Below, one piece after another: positions 28,095-37,516 of a stretch of 64,000 bases of DNA (the first letter of the stretch is position 1; every line of letters begins with the position of its first letter). This stretch comes from a virus: IMG/VR virus record IMGVR_UViG_3300034418_010679, positions 6,539 through 70,538 of that record. One strand, written 5' to 3'. The translations under genes were made by a program, and so were the position numbers. The notes under the pieces are model-generated. The model worked only from the letters and a program-made list of their open reading frames with translations, was not told the DNA's origin and made no database searches.

Positions 28095-31000
28095 TATTCG
28101 TTACCTCCACCTATTAGGTTTGTTAAGGCTTGCAGGGTAGCATTGTTAGATAGTGTTCCAGCATCTACTGCTGCGCCCAATGCTCCTGCTTGTGCGGTGT
28201 CCTCTTCAACTGTTTGGTTAACGAATGCTGGTGGCTCATCTGGTGTTGTTGGAGCAATAGTTGCTATCTTTTCTGATAGTTCTATCTGTGAGTCCACCTT
28301 AGCCAACTCAATGAGTGAGCAGAAGTCGTAAGGGTAGTTGTAAGAGTAAGCCAAACGCTTTTTGCCAAAGTCATCGAAGAATGGTAGTTCAGTCTGTACG
28401 CCAAAGGGTTTGAAGTCAAACTGCAAGTTGTCATCTTCAACAGCCTTTGTGATGCGTGAGTATTGGAACTCACCACGCTTTTTCACCTTGAACACGAAGA
28501 ACTTCAAGTCGTCAAAGTCAAGTTCGTTGAGTGCTTTTACGTCGTCCTCAAACACAGGCTCTTTACCAGAGGCGAGAAGCGACTGAATGTTAGCATTAAT
28601 GATGTCAACTGGTGTTCCATCTTCTGCTGTAAGAGAATCAAAACCTGTGCCAAGGTCAATAACAGCCTCTTGCTCAACCGCTGTTAGACCAGCGTCTGGT
28701 AACACACCTTGCCAAATGTTGGCGAGGTCTTGTTGAGATAGTGTGCGAGAGAACTCAAACACGTACATAACTGGCTTTCTAACATTTGACTGAATGTTGG
28801 CTTCTGTTAAGTCTGGTGGCGAGAATGTAACCCAATCCAAGAAAGGTGGAAAAACATATTCTTTCATTAGTCTTGCTTGACGAACCAGTTGGTCATCAGC
28901 GGAAGAAACAGACTTTCTATTTGCCTTCTTCAAAGTTTTTCTAACTGCATCGTTAGTTAATTCAAAGAAGCGAATAGGTTGGTCTTTTGTGTTGTCAACA
29001 TAGTATGGAAGAACAACCAAGCCTTCTTTTAGGTCTCGCGATGTTGCAAGGCGACCAATGGCTTTCTTTTCTTTGGCGATTCCGAGAGCATCTGCGAGTG
29101 AGGCTGAAGAAAAGCCTCGACTAGAAACTTTTGTAAAACCATCGCTAATTTCAGCAAAGACGCCCACGCTACTGTAATCTGGAATTGTTCCATTTTGGTG
29201 CCACATACCCCTTGGGGCAGTTGTTTCACCAAACTGAGGACGGTTGATATCAACTTCTTTAAAGTTTAATATTGGGCATTCATATTTACTGTGGATAACG
29301 AGTTTCTTTCTTGGAGTATCAAATGATTCAAAGTCAACAACATCTCCATCCTCATTGAACTTGATTTTCTTTTCCTCTACAACGGCATCTACAATAAAAC
29401 TTGAACTAATTTGCATGTCATCATCAAGCTGATTCAATGTAACAGAGGAAAGCGACTCAGCCACAAATTCTGGATCTCTTAATAAAACGCTGTATGGATT
29501 CTCAGAGGCTCTAAGATAAGAAATTTGCATCTTTGACACAACTTCTTCTAAAGTGTGTTGCTCCTGAGTAGGTGTAAAAGTGTAACGGGCGCGGGCAAAG
29601 CCATTGTAATATGGTGGAGTAAAAGAGGAAAACTTTCTAGCCTCAACGTGACCCTCAGAGGCTGTTGCAAACGCATTTGAAGCGAAGCCAAAAGCATCTG
29701 CCCTGTCATACATAATACAATTTTTTGTTGGTTCCAGTATGGATGTGGTATCAAGAAACACATCTTTAAATGGAGTAGAGCCTGTTATTTTTGGCAGTTG
29801 TTTTTTGATCTTAGTTGTAAATTCTTCAATAGAAGATATATCGGCGTTTGTTAATGTAAAATCCATTTGATAAGTTTTCGTTGTATCAAATGCAAATGTG
29901 TCCTTTGCTTCTCCTTCAAACGAAACAAGACCTCGCTTCAAAAAGAAATTGACAGTCTCTGCAAAATAGTTGTTTGCAAAAAGTGTGTAGTTTATTTTTG
30001 GTTTTGAGCCCACTGTGGTAAATGACCCCGTGGACGCTGCAAGGTGGTTGGCATCAAATTGTATATATTTTTCCTTGTAATTGCTGTAAGGGTCAAGCAT
30101 TGCTTCAAATGGAACTCTTCTAACCAAGCCGCCGCCGCGAGTATTATTGTCAACGTTTGATGGTGTATCAAAGAAGCGATAATCTAGACCTAAGTATTTG
30201 TTTATAAATGGATAAGATGCAGAATATGGAGTAGGATACTGCAAACCAGCCTCAAACCACCAGAAAGAAGCTGTTGATATCCACTCATTTGTTATAGCAT
30301 CCCCATAATATGTACTAGAGCCGGTATGAGCAGATGTAAATATTCTTACAACCTCGGCAGATGTGCCACCAAGAAGAGTACCAGTATATTCATACATTGG
30401 GTAATCAACGGCTAAACCAGACTTAATAGTGTTAAACAAAATACCGGGAGTCACATAGGGCTCAAAGAAAAATTGTTTTGGATTTTTAAAGCCCAATCCA
30501 TCGTCGTCAAAATTCTCAAGAGAATCCACATAACTTTGGCTTAGTTCTTGTGCAAGTTGAACTGTGCGCTGTTGTGGGTAAAAGCCCTCGTATGGTAGAA
30601 GCTTCAATAGAGCTTTTGCTTTTAGTCCGAACTTCTTTACGCCAAGGCTTGTCTCAGTTTTTAGACCTGCAACGACTTCTGATAGTTCTGCCGAGGAATA
30701 GCGGTTTACCGAGAAATCTGAAGTTCCAGTTAAAGATAAGAAGCCTGACAGTTGTGCTGCAAAGTCAAATCCATTTGATAGATAAGTATCGATGTGGTCT
30801 GTAATCTTAAATTCCGCAACAATAGAGTGGTCTTTACCTCTTCTTCTCAACTCTTCAGCATAGTTGTCGTAAGAGTTGTAGAATGGGTTTCTACCAGATT
30901 GTGAGCCCACTTCCCACAAAGCTTCGCCAGTGTTAAGAATGCCACCTGTAACTGATGTATTTATCACAGAGGGTAGTGGTGAACCGGCGGATTCTGTAAT

Positions 31001-34000
31001 AAATTCAATCGTTCTTCTTGAGTACAGAGGACCATATTTCAGCAAAGAACCGGCGCTGGCGTCGGGAAAAAGGTGAAAAGTGGTATATGAATTTTGTAAA
31101 ATACCTGAACCGGATGGGTTGTTTGGACCATATTTGAAACCAGTGCTTGGATCTTTAGAATCTCCCTCTGGTTTTGTTATTAGGAAGTCATCTCTGGCAT
31201 CCATTGACCAGCGAGACTGATATGGTGTGCCAGATTTACCAGCAAATGAACTAAAGGAAAAACCAAATACATTTGTGGATAGCACTTGTTGTCTGTCTGT
31301 TCGACTATTTCTCCACCATTTGTTATCAAAAACATCTCTTGCTCTTGTTAGCTGCAAGAACTGGTTATCTTTCAGTGGGTAAATACTTGTACGGAGAGCA
31401 ATGGTGTCAACAAAAATTTGTGGTTCTGTGTTCTCGGCTGCAAGAACCCTGTCTAAGAAGGTTGTCTTGTTATCAAGACCATTCTCAAAGTTGGCTTGAT
31501 TTTCTTGAAGTGCTGGCTGGGTAAAGCCCATTTTCTCATTTTCATAAGAAGTTTTCAAGTCAAAGTCTGCTGCCAGGAGCTTGATGTAAAGTGGGTCAGT
31601 TGTACTTACAGGCGTCTGCGTGACATTGTTTAGATGATTTATCAATAAAGTTTCACCGCGAATAACTAACTTGCTTGACGTTAAGAAAGAAATAATATTT
31701 GAGTTTCTATGTGCTCGGACGATTGGGTGAGAATCCTTGCGATAGGCTCTCCAAGATGCGTAACCATATGGTCCGTTTCTTCTTGAGTTTAACGTGCTGA
31801 TAAGTTGTTGAGCGCCTATGAGTGGATCTGAGCCCACGGTTCTAGCATATCCGTCCAAGTCATATGCACCTATACCAAGTGATAATGGATAACCAAGGGT
31901 ATTTTGTGAAGCTGAAACTGGATCTAATAACCAAAAGTTCAGCGGTACAAATGGGTCTCCCAAGAAAGTCGAATCGGATTCTAAAGGAGCGGAGAATTCG
32001 TCATAACCGTATATCAACGTTTCCTGTCCGACTGAAATGTCTGCGCCCTGATTACTGGCAGATAGAAATGTTATCTGTTCATTTGGAGAATATACGCTTT
32101 GAGTTTGATATCTTCTTATGTCCGCGCTTTGGTATGACTCTGTAATCCAAGCATAAGCCAAGTCAGTGGCGGGAATCTGAGTTTGAACATAGTAGTTGTC
32201 AAATACTTTTTTGTCTACAATGTTTGCGCCTGAATATTGTTTTCGTGTGTAACCATTGCGAGCAGTTTTGTGGAAAGATGCTGTAGTTGTTGAACCAGAT
32301 TGGTATCCACCAAATGCAGATGGAATAATCAATAGTTCTTCAAGGGCGTCTCTTACGACCGTGTTACGATAGTTTATGTTGTTGTAGACGGACAGTTCTC
32401 TAGCGGCTGTGTCTAAGCCTCCACCCATTGTTTCGGGACCGCCAGGAGCATTGAATAAACTCCTAAACACAGTTTTATATTTGTTTCTCTCGGGCAAAGC
32501 GTAGTCGAATGTACTTGTTACAAAGCGTGACTGTGCAACACCAGGGTTACCTTCGATGGCAAGATATTTGCCATTAAATGCGCCTTTTTGACCAACGGCT
32601 TGAACAACTTCATAGTCTTCACGGAAGTTTCCAACTGTTGATGAAGCAAAGTTTTTTGGTGCTACACTGCCTTCTCTGCGGCTGTCGTCGGAACTAGTAA
32701 CAGTTTGTACATTGACAATAGAAACGGGCGTTATATTGCCACTCAGGGGCTGCTCGGCACCTATTTGGTATACACTCACATAATTAGGAGTCTTTGCAGA
32801 TGAGGATGCAAAGTTAAAGGAACCTTGGGCGAGGTCACGTCGGTCATCTAGAAGATTGAGCCTAGTTGCAATATTTTGTGTGCTAAAAATAGAACCAATA
32901 GAAGCTGATGGGTCGGGAGTTTTGAACTCCAAGGTTGGGTACTTCAATGGGTACTTGTTTCTTTCCAGAACGTGACTCTCAACAAGGTTTGGAGAATCTG
33001 ACGCAATGTTTGTTGTTGCTGGAATAAGGTTGTCGATAATAGTGTCAACAACTGTGTCTAGCCATTTGAAGTATTTTGTAAACTTTTCTAGTTTTGGGTT
33101 GTTCTCGACCGATTCAAAGTAAAGTCTGCGAAGGTGGTCGAGGTCTTTGTAGTCAACTCTGTAACGGTTGACAGGGTTACCAATGAGGTAGTTAAAGTCT
33201 GTGATACCAGCAAATGCTTTTAGCATATCACCGGACACAGCGTCGTACATGCTCTTGCCAATGATAACAGAGTCTCTTGCTGCTGCTTCGTTTGGTTGGA
33301 ATATTATTGTGGACTCGCCATCAGAGTTCACAACATTTATTGCGGTTGACTCTTCTGGGTTTGTTAGTCTAACTTTTGAGATAAACTCGTTCTCAAATAC
33401 TTTTATATCGGTTGGGAACTCGTAGCCAAAGCCTGTGTAAGTTTTTGCTACTGCTGGACCGTAGTTGCCGAATGCATCAGCGTAGTCAATAGAAGCAGAG
33501 GTTGTGTCTACTACCGAGAACTGACCTGCGGCATCTGGTGATGATACAAGTTCAAAGTCCCATTCAAAAAGCTTTGTTAGATATTGTGGAACAAATGTTG
33601 TATCATCGCCATTTTTTCTGTTTGCGTTCTCAAAAGGACGAATACGACCTTCGCTGTTCTTGTATTTGGCATGGAGGTAAACTTCGTCTTCTTCAAGTGA
33701 GTCGCCGTAGAACTTGCAGTTGCCAATACGAGCATAGCTTCTGTGGAGAATAGAGCCAGTAAAGTTTGTTCTCTCTGCGCCAACGAAAACACGCTTGCTT
33801 TCAGTAGACATGCTATCACCATCAGCAGCAGAAATAGAGGCTGTGATGTTAAAGGAGTTAACTGTAAAGCCAGACTCTACTTGGTATCCTATTAATCTTG
33901 CAACATAATCTTGGTTTGTTGTTGATGCAACATTTCTTGGGTCGCCATCTGGCTCAACTACAATAGCCAAGTTCCAGTTGGTGGAATCAAAAATATCGTA

Positions 34001-36094
34001 TGTGTCAGACTCTACCGCTGTGAAGTGCCCGTTAGATGATGAAAGAACGAACTTACCCTGTCTAACAGTTTTACCACCGTGAACTGCGTATGCAGCCATA
34101 CCACAAACATCTGAACCTGCAAATGTTGTGTCTGTTGGGGATGAGGCATCAGCAGCGTGGACGCCAAATAGAGAGCCACTTGTGTCATAACCAATGTAAA
34201 AATCACTAGCATTAGTTTGTTGTGTTGGGAAGTAAATGTTACTTTCAATGGAAAATGCTTTGAAACCGCCTGTTACATAACTTTGGTTATTTGCGTCAGA
34301 GCCAGTAAAGTTGAAGATGCTTGCCTCGTTTGGCAAGGTTGTTTTGGCTACAAGGTTTTTCAAGCCATAGAAGTCAACTGTTTTATCTTTGAACTGGTCT
34401 ATTTCATCTCTGTTCTCTATTGTTGTTGTGGTATTGTTAGCAAAGTTGCGGAGCCTAATAAGGTTTCCGTCAATACCATAACAATGGAGAAGGTTTCTAA
34501 TGGACTTTTGTGTGCCCTTTGTTTTGTAGATGTGCAGCAAGTTGTTGTAAATGTTGCGGTAGACATGGTTTTTCAAGTCTGAAATAGAGCCGCTTACTAG
34601 GTTTGCTACTGTTGTTTTTTCTTGTATGTCTGCTAAAACATCGGAGCCCAAGAAACCAGAAGCGTCAAAACCACTTCCCTCTAAGAGTTTTTCATAGTAT
34701 GGGAATATTTTTAGGTCTTGGGCTTGGTAATCTTTTCTTTTTACTTTCTCGAAAGAACTTATCTGTGCGTACATTTCATCGAACTTTGCGCCGATGATGT
34801 GTGAGAGGTATTCAAGGTCGTTTGTATCTTGGTCACGAATCCACTCTGGCATTAGCTGGTAGAAACTGTGGTAGTTGTTTCTATCGAATACTCGACCCTC
34901 TTGCACCTTGTCAGCTTCCAGTGAAGCAACATCTGGGTGGTTTGAGTAGATAATGGGGTCTGGAACTTCGTAAAAAGATGTGCTGTATTCCTCAATAGCT
35001 GAACCTGTTGAACGGGCTGTGCTGAGGTAGTTTAGAATACTTGCGCTTGCCACTCGACCAGAGTAGTCAAGAACTGTTTGGTCAATAGACGCAGTTGCGG
35101 TGATACCCTCATTAAACTTTAAGTAAAGACTGAGTGGGTGTGTTTCTGTGTTGGCTGTGTTTGAGCCACCGTAAACATGTGTGTTGTAGTTCAAGCCGAT
35201 TTGTTTTGTTGTTCTTTTTGTCTTCCAGTAGCGGAACTCGTCAATGCCGCCCTTATAGTAATACGTTTGAGCAAAGCCAACATTACCGGAAACAGCATTA
35301 ACCGTCGTAGTTACTGTGTTTGAGTCGGTTAGCTGCTCAGTGTAGACACCATCAACGTACAGAGTTGATACAAGGTTGTCGCTACTGTTCAGATCAAATG
35401 TCAAGGCATAGTGGTGCCACTCTGCATCATATCCGGTAAGAGTGCTGAACGTTGAAAAAGCCTCTGTGCCCCCTGCTGATGAAGACTTTGCTGCAATAAG
35501 CTGCACACCAGTTCCACCGGGATTGTTGAGGTAAATAACAAAATAGTTGCCAGAACTATCAACTGTTTCAAAGATACCGCCTGAAAAAGCTGAACCGTTT
35601 GGCTTCGCCCAAAACTCTACTGTTACACCGGCTTCTGCATCAAAGGAAAGGTTATTCGTCTGTAACGATGAAGAGTTGTAAACATTGTTTACGTTTGGTC
35701 CTGCTTTAATTTCAACTCTCTGAGTTGAACTCGCGCCTTCGTTTAGTGTGATAAAGCCCGTTGTTTTTGGGTAAAGGTCGTTCCAAATGTAGTAGTCAAA
35801 TGTTGTTGACTCATTTAGAAACTTGTAAACCTCAGACTGTGAGCCGTCGTAAGGGTAGTCGTTGTAGATTCTTTGAATACCTGTTTCATAGTGATACTCG
35901 GCTAAACCATAGCGAACATAGTTGCCAAGGCTCGCTGAGATATCGACAAACGCAAATACTTTTTTATCAAAGTCGCTTTTTTGTTTTAGATCGGCAAGAG
36001 TTTTAAAGTCGTCTGAACCGCTAACGTTGATATTAGCCTTTGTTGACTTTAATGCTGTTTGTGATGTTGGTTTGAAAAACTTTTTTAGACTCAT
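28094..36094 (-). CDS. Giant baseplate wedge/receptor-binding protein with LamG (ConA-like) domains
   Basis: 2666 aa. LamG motifs TVEFWAK, WHHYALTF, LYVDG and GGIDEFRYW. Wedge-type motif IYKTKGTQKSIRNLLHCYGI. Confidence 0.75.
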   Translation of the reverse strand: MSLKKFFKPTSQTALKSTKANINVSGSDDFKTLADLKQKSDFDKKVFAFVDISASLGNYVRYGLAEYHYETGIQRIYNDYPYDGSQSEVYKFLNESTTFDYYIWNDLYPKTTGFITLNEGASSTQRVEIKAGPNVNNVYNSSSLQTNNLSFDAEAGVTVEFWAKPNGSAFSGGIFETVDSSGNYFVIYLNNPGGTGVQLIAAKSSSAGGTEAFSTFSTLTGYDAEWHHYALTFDLNSSDNLVSTLYVDGVYTEQLTDSNTVTTTVNAVSGNVGFAQTYYYKGGIDEFRYWKTKRTTKQIGLNYNTHVYGGSNTANTETHPLSLYLKFNEGITATASIDQTVLDYSGRVASASILNYLSTARSTGSAIEEYSTSFYEVPDPIIYSNHPDVASLEADKVQEGRVFDRNNYHSFYQLMPEWIRDQDTNDLEYLSHIIGAKFDEMYAQISSFEKVKRKDYQAQDLKIFPYYEKLLEGSGFDASGFLGSDVLADIQEKTTVANLVSGSISDLKNHVYRNIYNNLLHIYKTKGTQKSIRNLLHCYGIDGNLIRLRNFANNTTTTIENRDEIDQFKDKTVDFYGLKNLVAKTTLPNEASIFNFTGSDANNQSYVTGGFKAFSIESNIYFPTQQTNASDFYIGYDTSGSLFGVHAADASSPTDTTFAGSDVCGMAAYAVHGGKTVRQGKFVLSSSNGHFTAVESDTYDIFDSTNWNLAIVVEPDGDPRNVASTTNQDYVARLIGYQVESGFTVNSFNITASISAADGDSMSTESKRVFVGAERTNFTGSILHRSYARIGNCKFYGDSLEEDEVYLHAKYKNSEGRIRPFENANRKNGDDTTFVPQYLTKLFEWDFELVSSPDAAGQFSVVDTTSASIDYADAFGNYGPAVAKTYTGFGYEFPTDIKVFENEFISKVRLTNPEESTAINVVNSDGESTIIFQPNEAAARDSVIIGKSMYDAVSGDMLKAFAGITDFNYLIGNPVNRYRVDYKDLDHLRRLYFESVENNPKLEKFTKYFKWLDTVVDTIIDNLIPATTNIASDSPNLVESHVLERNKYPLKYPTLEFKTPDPSASIGSIFSTQNIATRLNLLDDRRDLAQGSFNFASSSAKTPNYVSVYQIGAEQPLSGNITPVSIVNVQTVTSSDDSRREGSVAPKNFASSTVGNFREDYEVVQAVGQKGAFNGKYLAIEGNPGVAQSRFVTSTFDYALPERNKYKTVFRSLFNAPGGPETMGGGLDTAARELSVYNNINYRNTVVRDALEELLIIPSAFGGYQSGSTTTASFHKTARNGYTRKQYSGANIVDKKVFDNYYVQTQIPATDLAYAWITESYQSADIRRYQTQSVYSPNEQITFLSASNQGADISVGQETLIYGYDEFSAPLESDSTFLGDPFVPLNFWLLDPVSASQNTLGYPLSLGIGAYDLDGYARTVGSDPLIGAQQLISTLNSRRNGPYGYASWRAYRKDSHPIVRAHRNSNIISFLTSSKLVIRGETLLINHLNNVTQTPVSTTDPLYIKLLAADFDLKTSYENEKMGFTQPALQENQANFENGLDNKTTFLDRVLAAENTEPQIFVDTIALRTSIYPLKDNQFLQLTRARDVFDNKWWRNSRTDRQQVLSTNVFGFSFSSFAGKSGTPYQSRWSMDARDDFLITKPEGDSKDPSTGFKYGPNNPSGSGILQNSYTTFHLFPDASAGSLLKYGPLYSRRTIEFITESAGSPLPSVINTSVTGGILNTGEALWEVGSQSGRNPFYNSYDNYAEELRRRGKDHSIVAEFKITDHIDTYLSNGFDFAAQLSGFLSLTGTSDFSVNRYSSAELSEVVAGLKTETSLGVKKFGLKAKALLKLLPYEGFYPQQRTVQLAQELSQSYVDSLENFDDDGLGFKNPKQFFFEPYVTPGILFNTIKSGLAVDYPMYEYTGTLLGGTSAEVVRIFTSAHTGSSTYYGDAITNEWISTASFWWFEAGLQYPTPYSASYPFINKYLGLDYRFFDTPSNVDNNTRGGGLVRRVPFEAMLDPYSNYKEKYIQFDANHLAASTGSFTTVGSKPKINYTLFANNYFAETVNFFLKRGLVSFEGEAKDTFAFDTTKTYQMDFTLTNADISSIEEFTTKIKKQLPKITGSTPFKDVFLDTTSILEPTKNCIMYDRADAFGFASNAFATASEGHVEARKFSSFTPPYYNGFARARYTFTPTQEQHTLEEVVSKMQISYLRASENPYSVLLRDPEFVAESLSSVTLNQLDDDMQISSSFIVDAVVEEKKIKFNEDGDVVDFESFDTPRKKLVIHSKYECPILNFKEVDINRPQFGETTAPRGMWHQNGTIPDYSSVGVFAEISDGFTKVSSRGFSSASLADALGIAKEKKAIGRLATSRDLKEGLVVLPYYVDNTKDQPIRFFELTNDAVRKTLKKANRKSVSSADDQLVRQARLMKEYVFPPFLDWVTFSPPDLTEANIQSNVRKPVMYVFEFSRTLSQQDLANIWQGVLPDAGLTAVEQEAVIDLGTGFDSLTAEDGTPVDIINANIQSLLASGKEPVFEDDVKALNELDFDDLKFFVFKVKKRGEFQYSRITKAVEDDNLQFDFKPFGVQTELPFFDDFGKKRLAYSYNYPYDFCSLIELAKVDSQIELSEKIATIAPTTPDEPPAFVNQTVEEDTAQAGALGAAVDAGTLSNNATLQALTNLIGGGNE

Positions 36095-37516
36095 TTACTC
36101 AACCCTAAATTTGAATGTATCGGCTGGCTCAATATACTTTCCTTGTAAATAGAGTTTAAAGGAGATTTCATACTGGTAACCTGACTCAAAATCTGCAAAT
36201 TCTAAGTCGGTGTAAGAGCCTGATACATCATAGGACATAAGAGTTTGTTCGTCTGAACCTGTGCCATAGGCAATAATCGTTTGATTATCAACCACTCTTT
36301 TTACTTGGTAATAAACTTTTTCTACTATCTCTGATTCTATGGCAGTTGTAGCTGTGGTGTAGATAGTTGGAGACCAATCACGTTGACGAATGTAGAGTCT
36401 TAGTCTTGCTTTGTCGCCAGTTGTGTATGTTGAGCGCAAGTTGGTCAGGTTGACAACATATTGTGCATCTGGGTTGTATGTCTCGGAAGCAAAGTCTTTT
36501 ACGGTTATTGCCGTGCCGGTGTGGTATTCTGTTGAGCCAGAGAACCAAACATCATAAACCTCAGAGGCTGTTGTGTCAAGTTCTGCTGACGCAGTGTAAA
36601 TACCAGTATCAACATAGCCACCTGTAATGGCTGTTGTGTTGATAGCGGAACCACCAAGTGTCTCGTAGAAATTTACATAGATAGCACCTGTGCCAACGCC
36701 AGGAATGTTTCTCAACTGCCCTCTAATGTTATTGTAGAGGTAGATGGTGTTTGTGTTCTCGGCAGAAGTTGCCAAAGATGAGCTTGCGTAGAAATTACCA
36801 CGGTCGTCGCCCTCTGATGAGTTCCAACGTGCTTCTACTGCTGGTCTTTTGAAAAAATATTCGCTCCCTCTCGCAAAGAATTTCTTCGTGTAGTAGGAAG
36901 AAGAAGCAATGAGGTTTCCTGTGCCGCTTTCGTATGAAGAAGAAAGTTTGACCAAGAAGCCATAGTTTTGTTTTGTTCCTGCGAGCCATTGTTCAACAGT
37001 GTCGGTCACATCAATTTCAAGGTCTTCGATACCTGTTGTAAATGTTTGTGTTTGTTCTGGGGAAGTATGAAGGTCTCCACCAGCCGAAGTCCAGCTTGTG
37101 TATGTTGAGCCATCGTAGGATGCTGTGAGCCAGTTTGATACACCTGTGTCGAGGTAGTCATCCATGTCTAGACCGATGCCTTCGTCCCAAGAACGGGAAA
37201 CAGCATTTACAGTCATAACAAAGTTTGTTGCGTTTGTGCCTTCGTGTGGGGCGTTGAAAAGTCTTAGGTAAAAGCTAACCGAACCAGAGGCTGGAATGTC
37301 TCCTGCTGTTCTTTTTGCAGCAATATCAGTTGTATCGAACTCGACTAGAACGCGGGAGTTCTCTAATGAAGCTGTGGAAAATGAGCCAAACAGCGAATAA
37401 ACTTCTAAAACATCTGCTGCGCCCATGTTGGCGTCTGTGGCTCTTGAAGTTCTAATAGCTCCGTAGCCATTTGTTATTGTGTTATCTTTTGTAGCGAAGA
37501 ACTTTTTGATTGCCAT
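36095..37516 (-). CDS. Virion protein with DNRLRE/CBM96-like N-terminal domain
   Basis: Pattern KDNTI...SRVLVEFD...LRLF...SWDEG...IDVTDTVEQWLAG..NYGFLVK...RPAVE. Confidence 0.6.
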   Translation of the reverse strand: MAIKKFFATKDNTITNGYGAIRTSRATDANMGAADVLEVYSLFGSFSTASLENSRVLVEFDTTDIAAKRTAGDIPASGSVSFYLRLFNAPHEGTNATNFVMTVNAVSRSWDEGIGLDMDDYLDTGVSNWLTASYDGSTYTSWTSAGGDLHTSPEQTQTFTTGIEDLEIDVTDTVEQWLAGTKQNYGFLVKLSSSYESGTGNLIASSSYYTKKFFARGSEYFFKRPAVEARWNSSEGDDRGNFYASSSLATSAENTNTIYLYNNIRGQLRNIPGVGTGAIYVNFYETLGGSAINTTAITGGYVDTGIYTASAELDTTASEVYDVWFSGSTEYHTGTAITVKDFASETYNPDAQYVVNLTNLRSTYTTGDKARLRLYIRQRDWSPTIYTTATTAIESEIVEKVYYQVKRVVDNQTIIAYGTGSDEQTLMSYDVSGSYTDLEFADFESGYQYEISFKLYLQGKYIEPADTFKFRVE

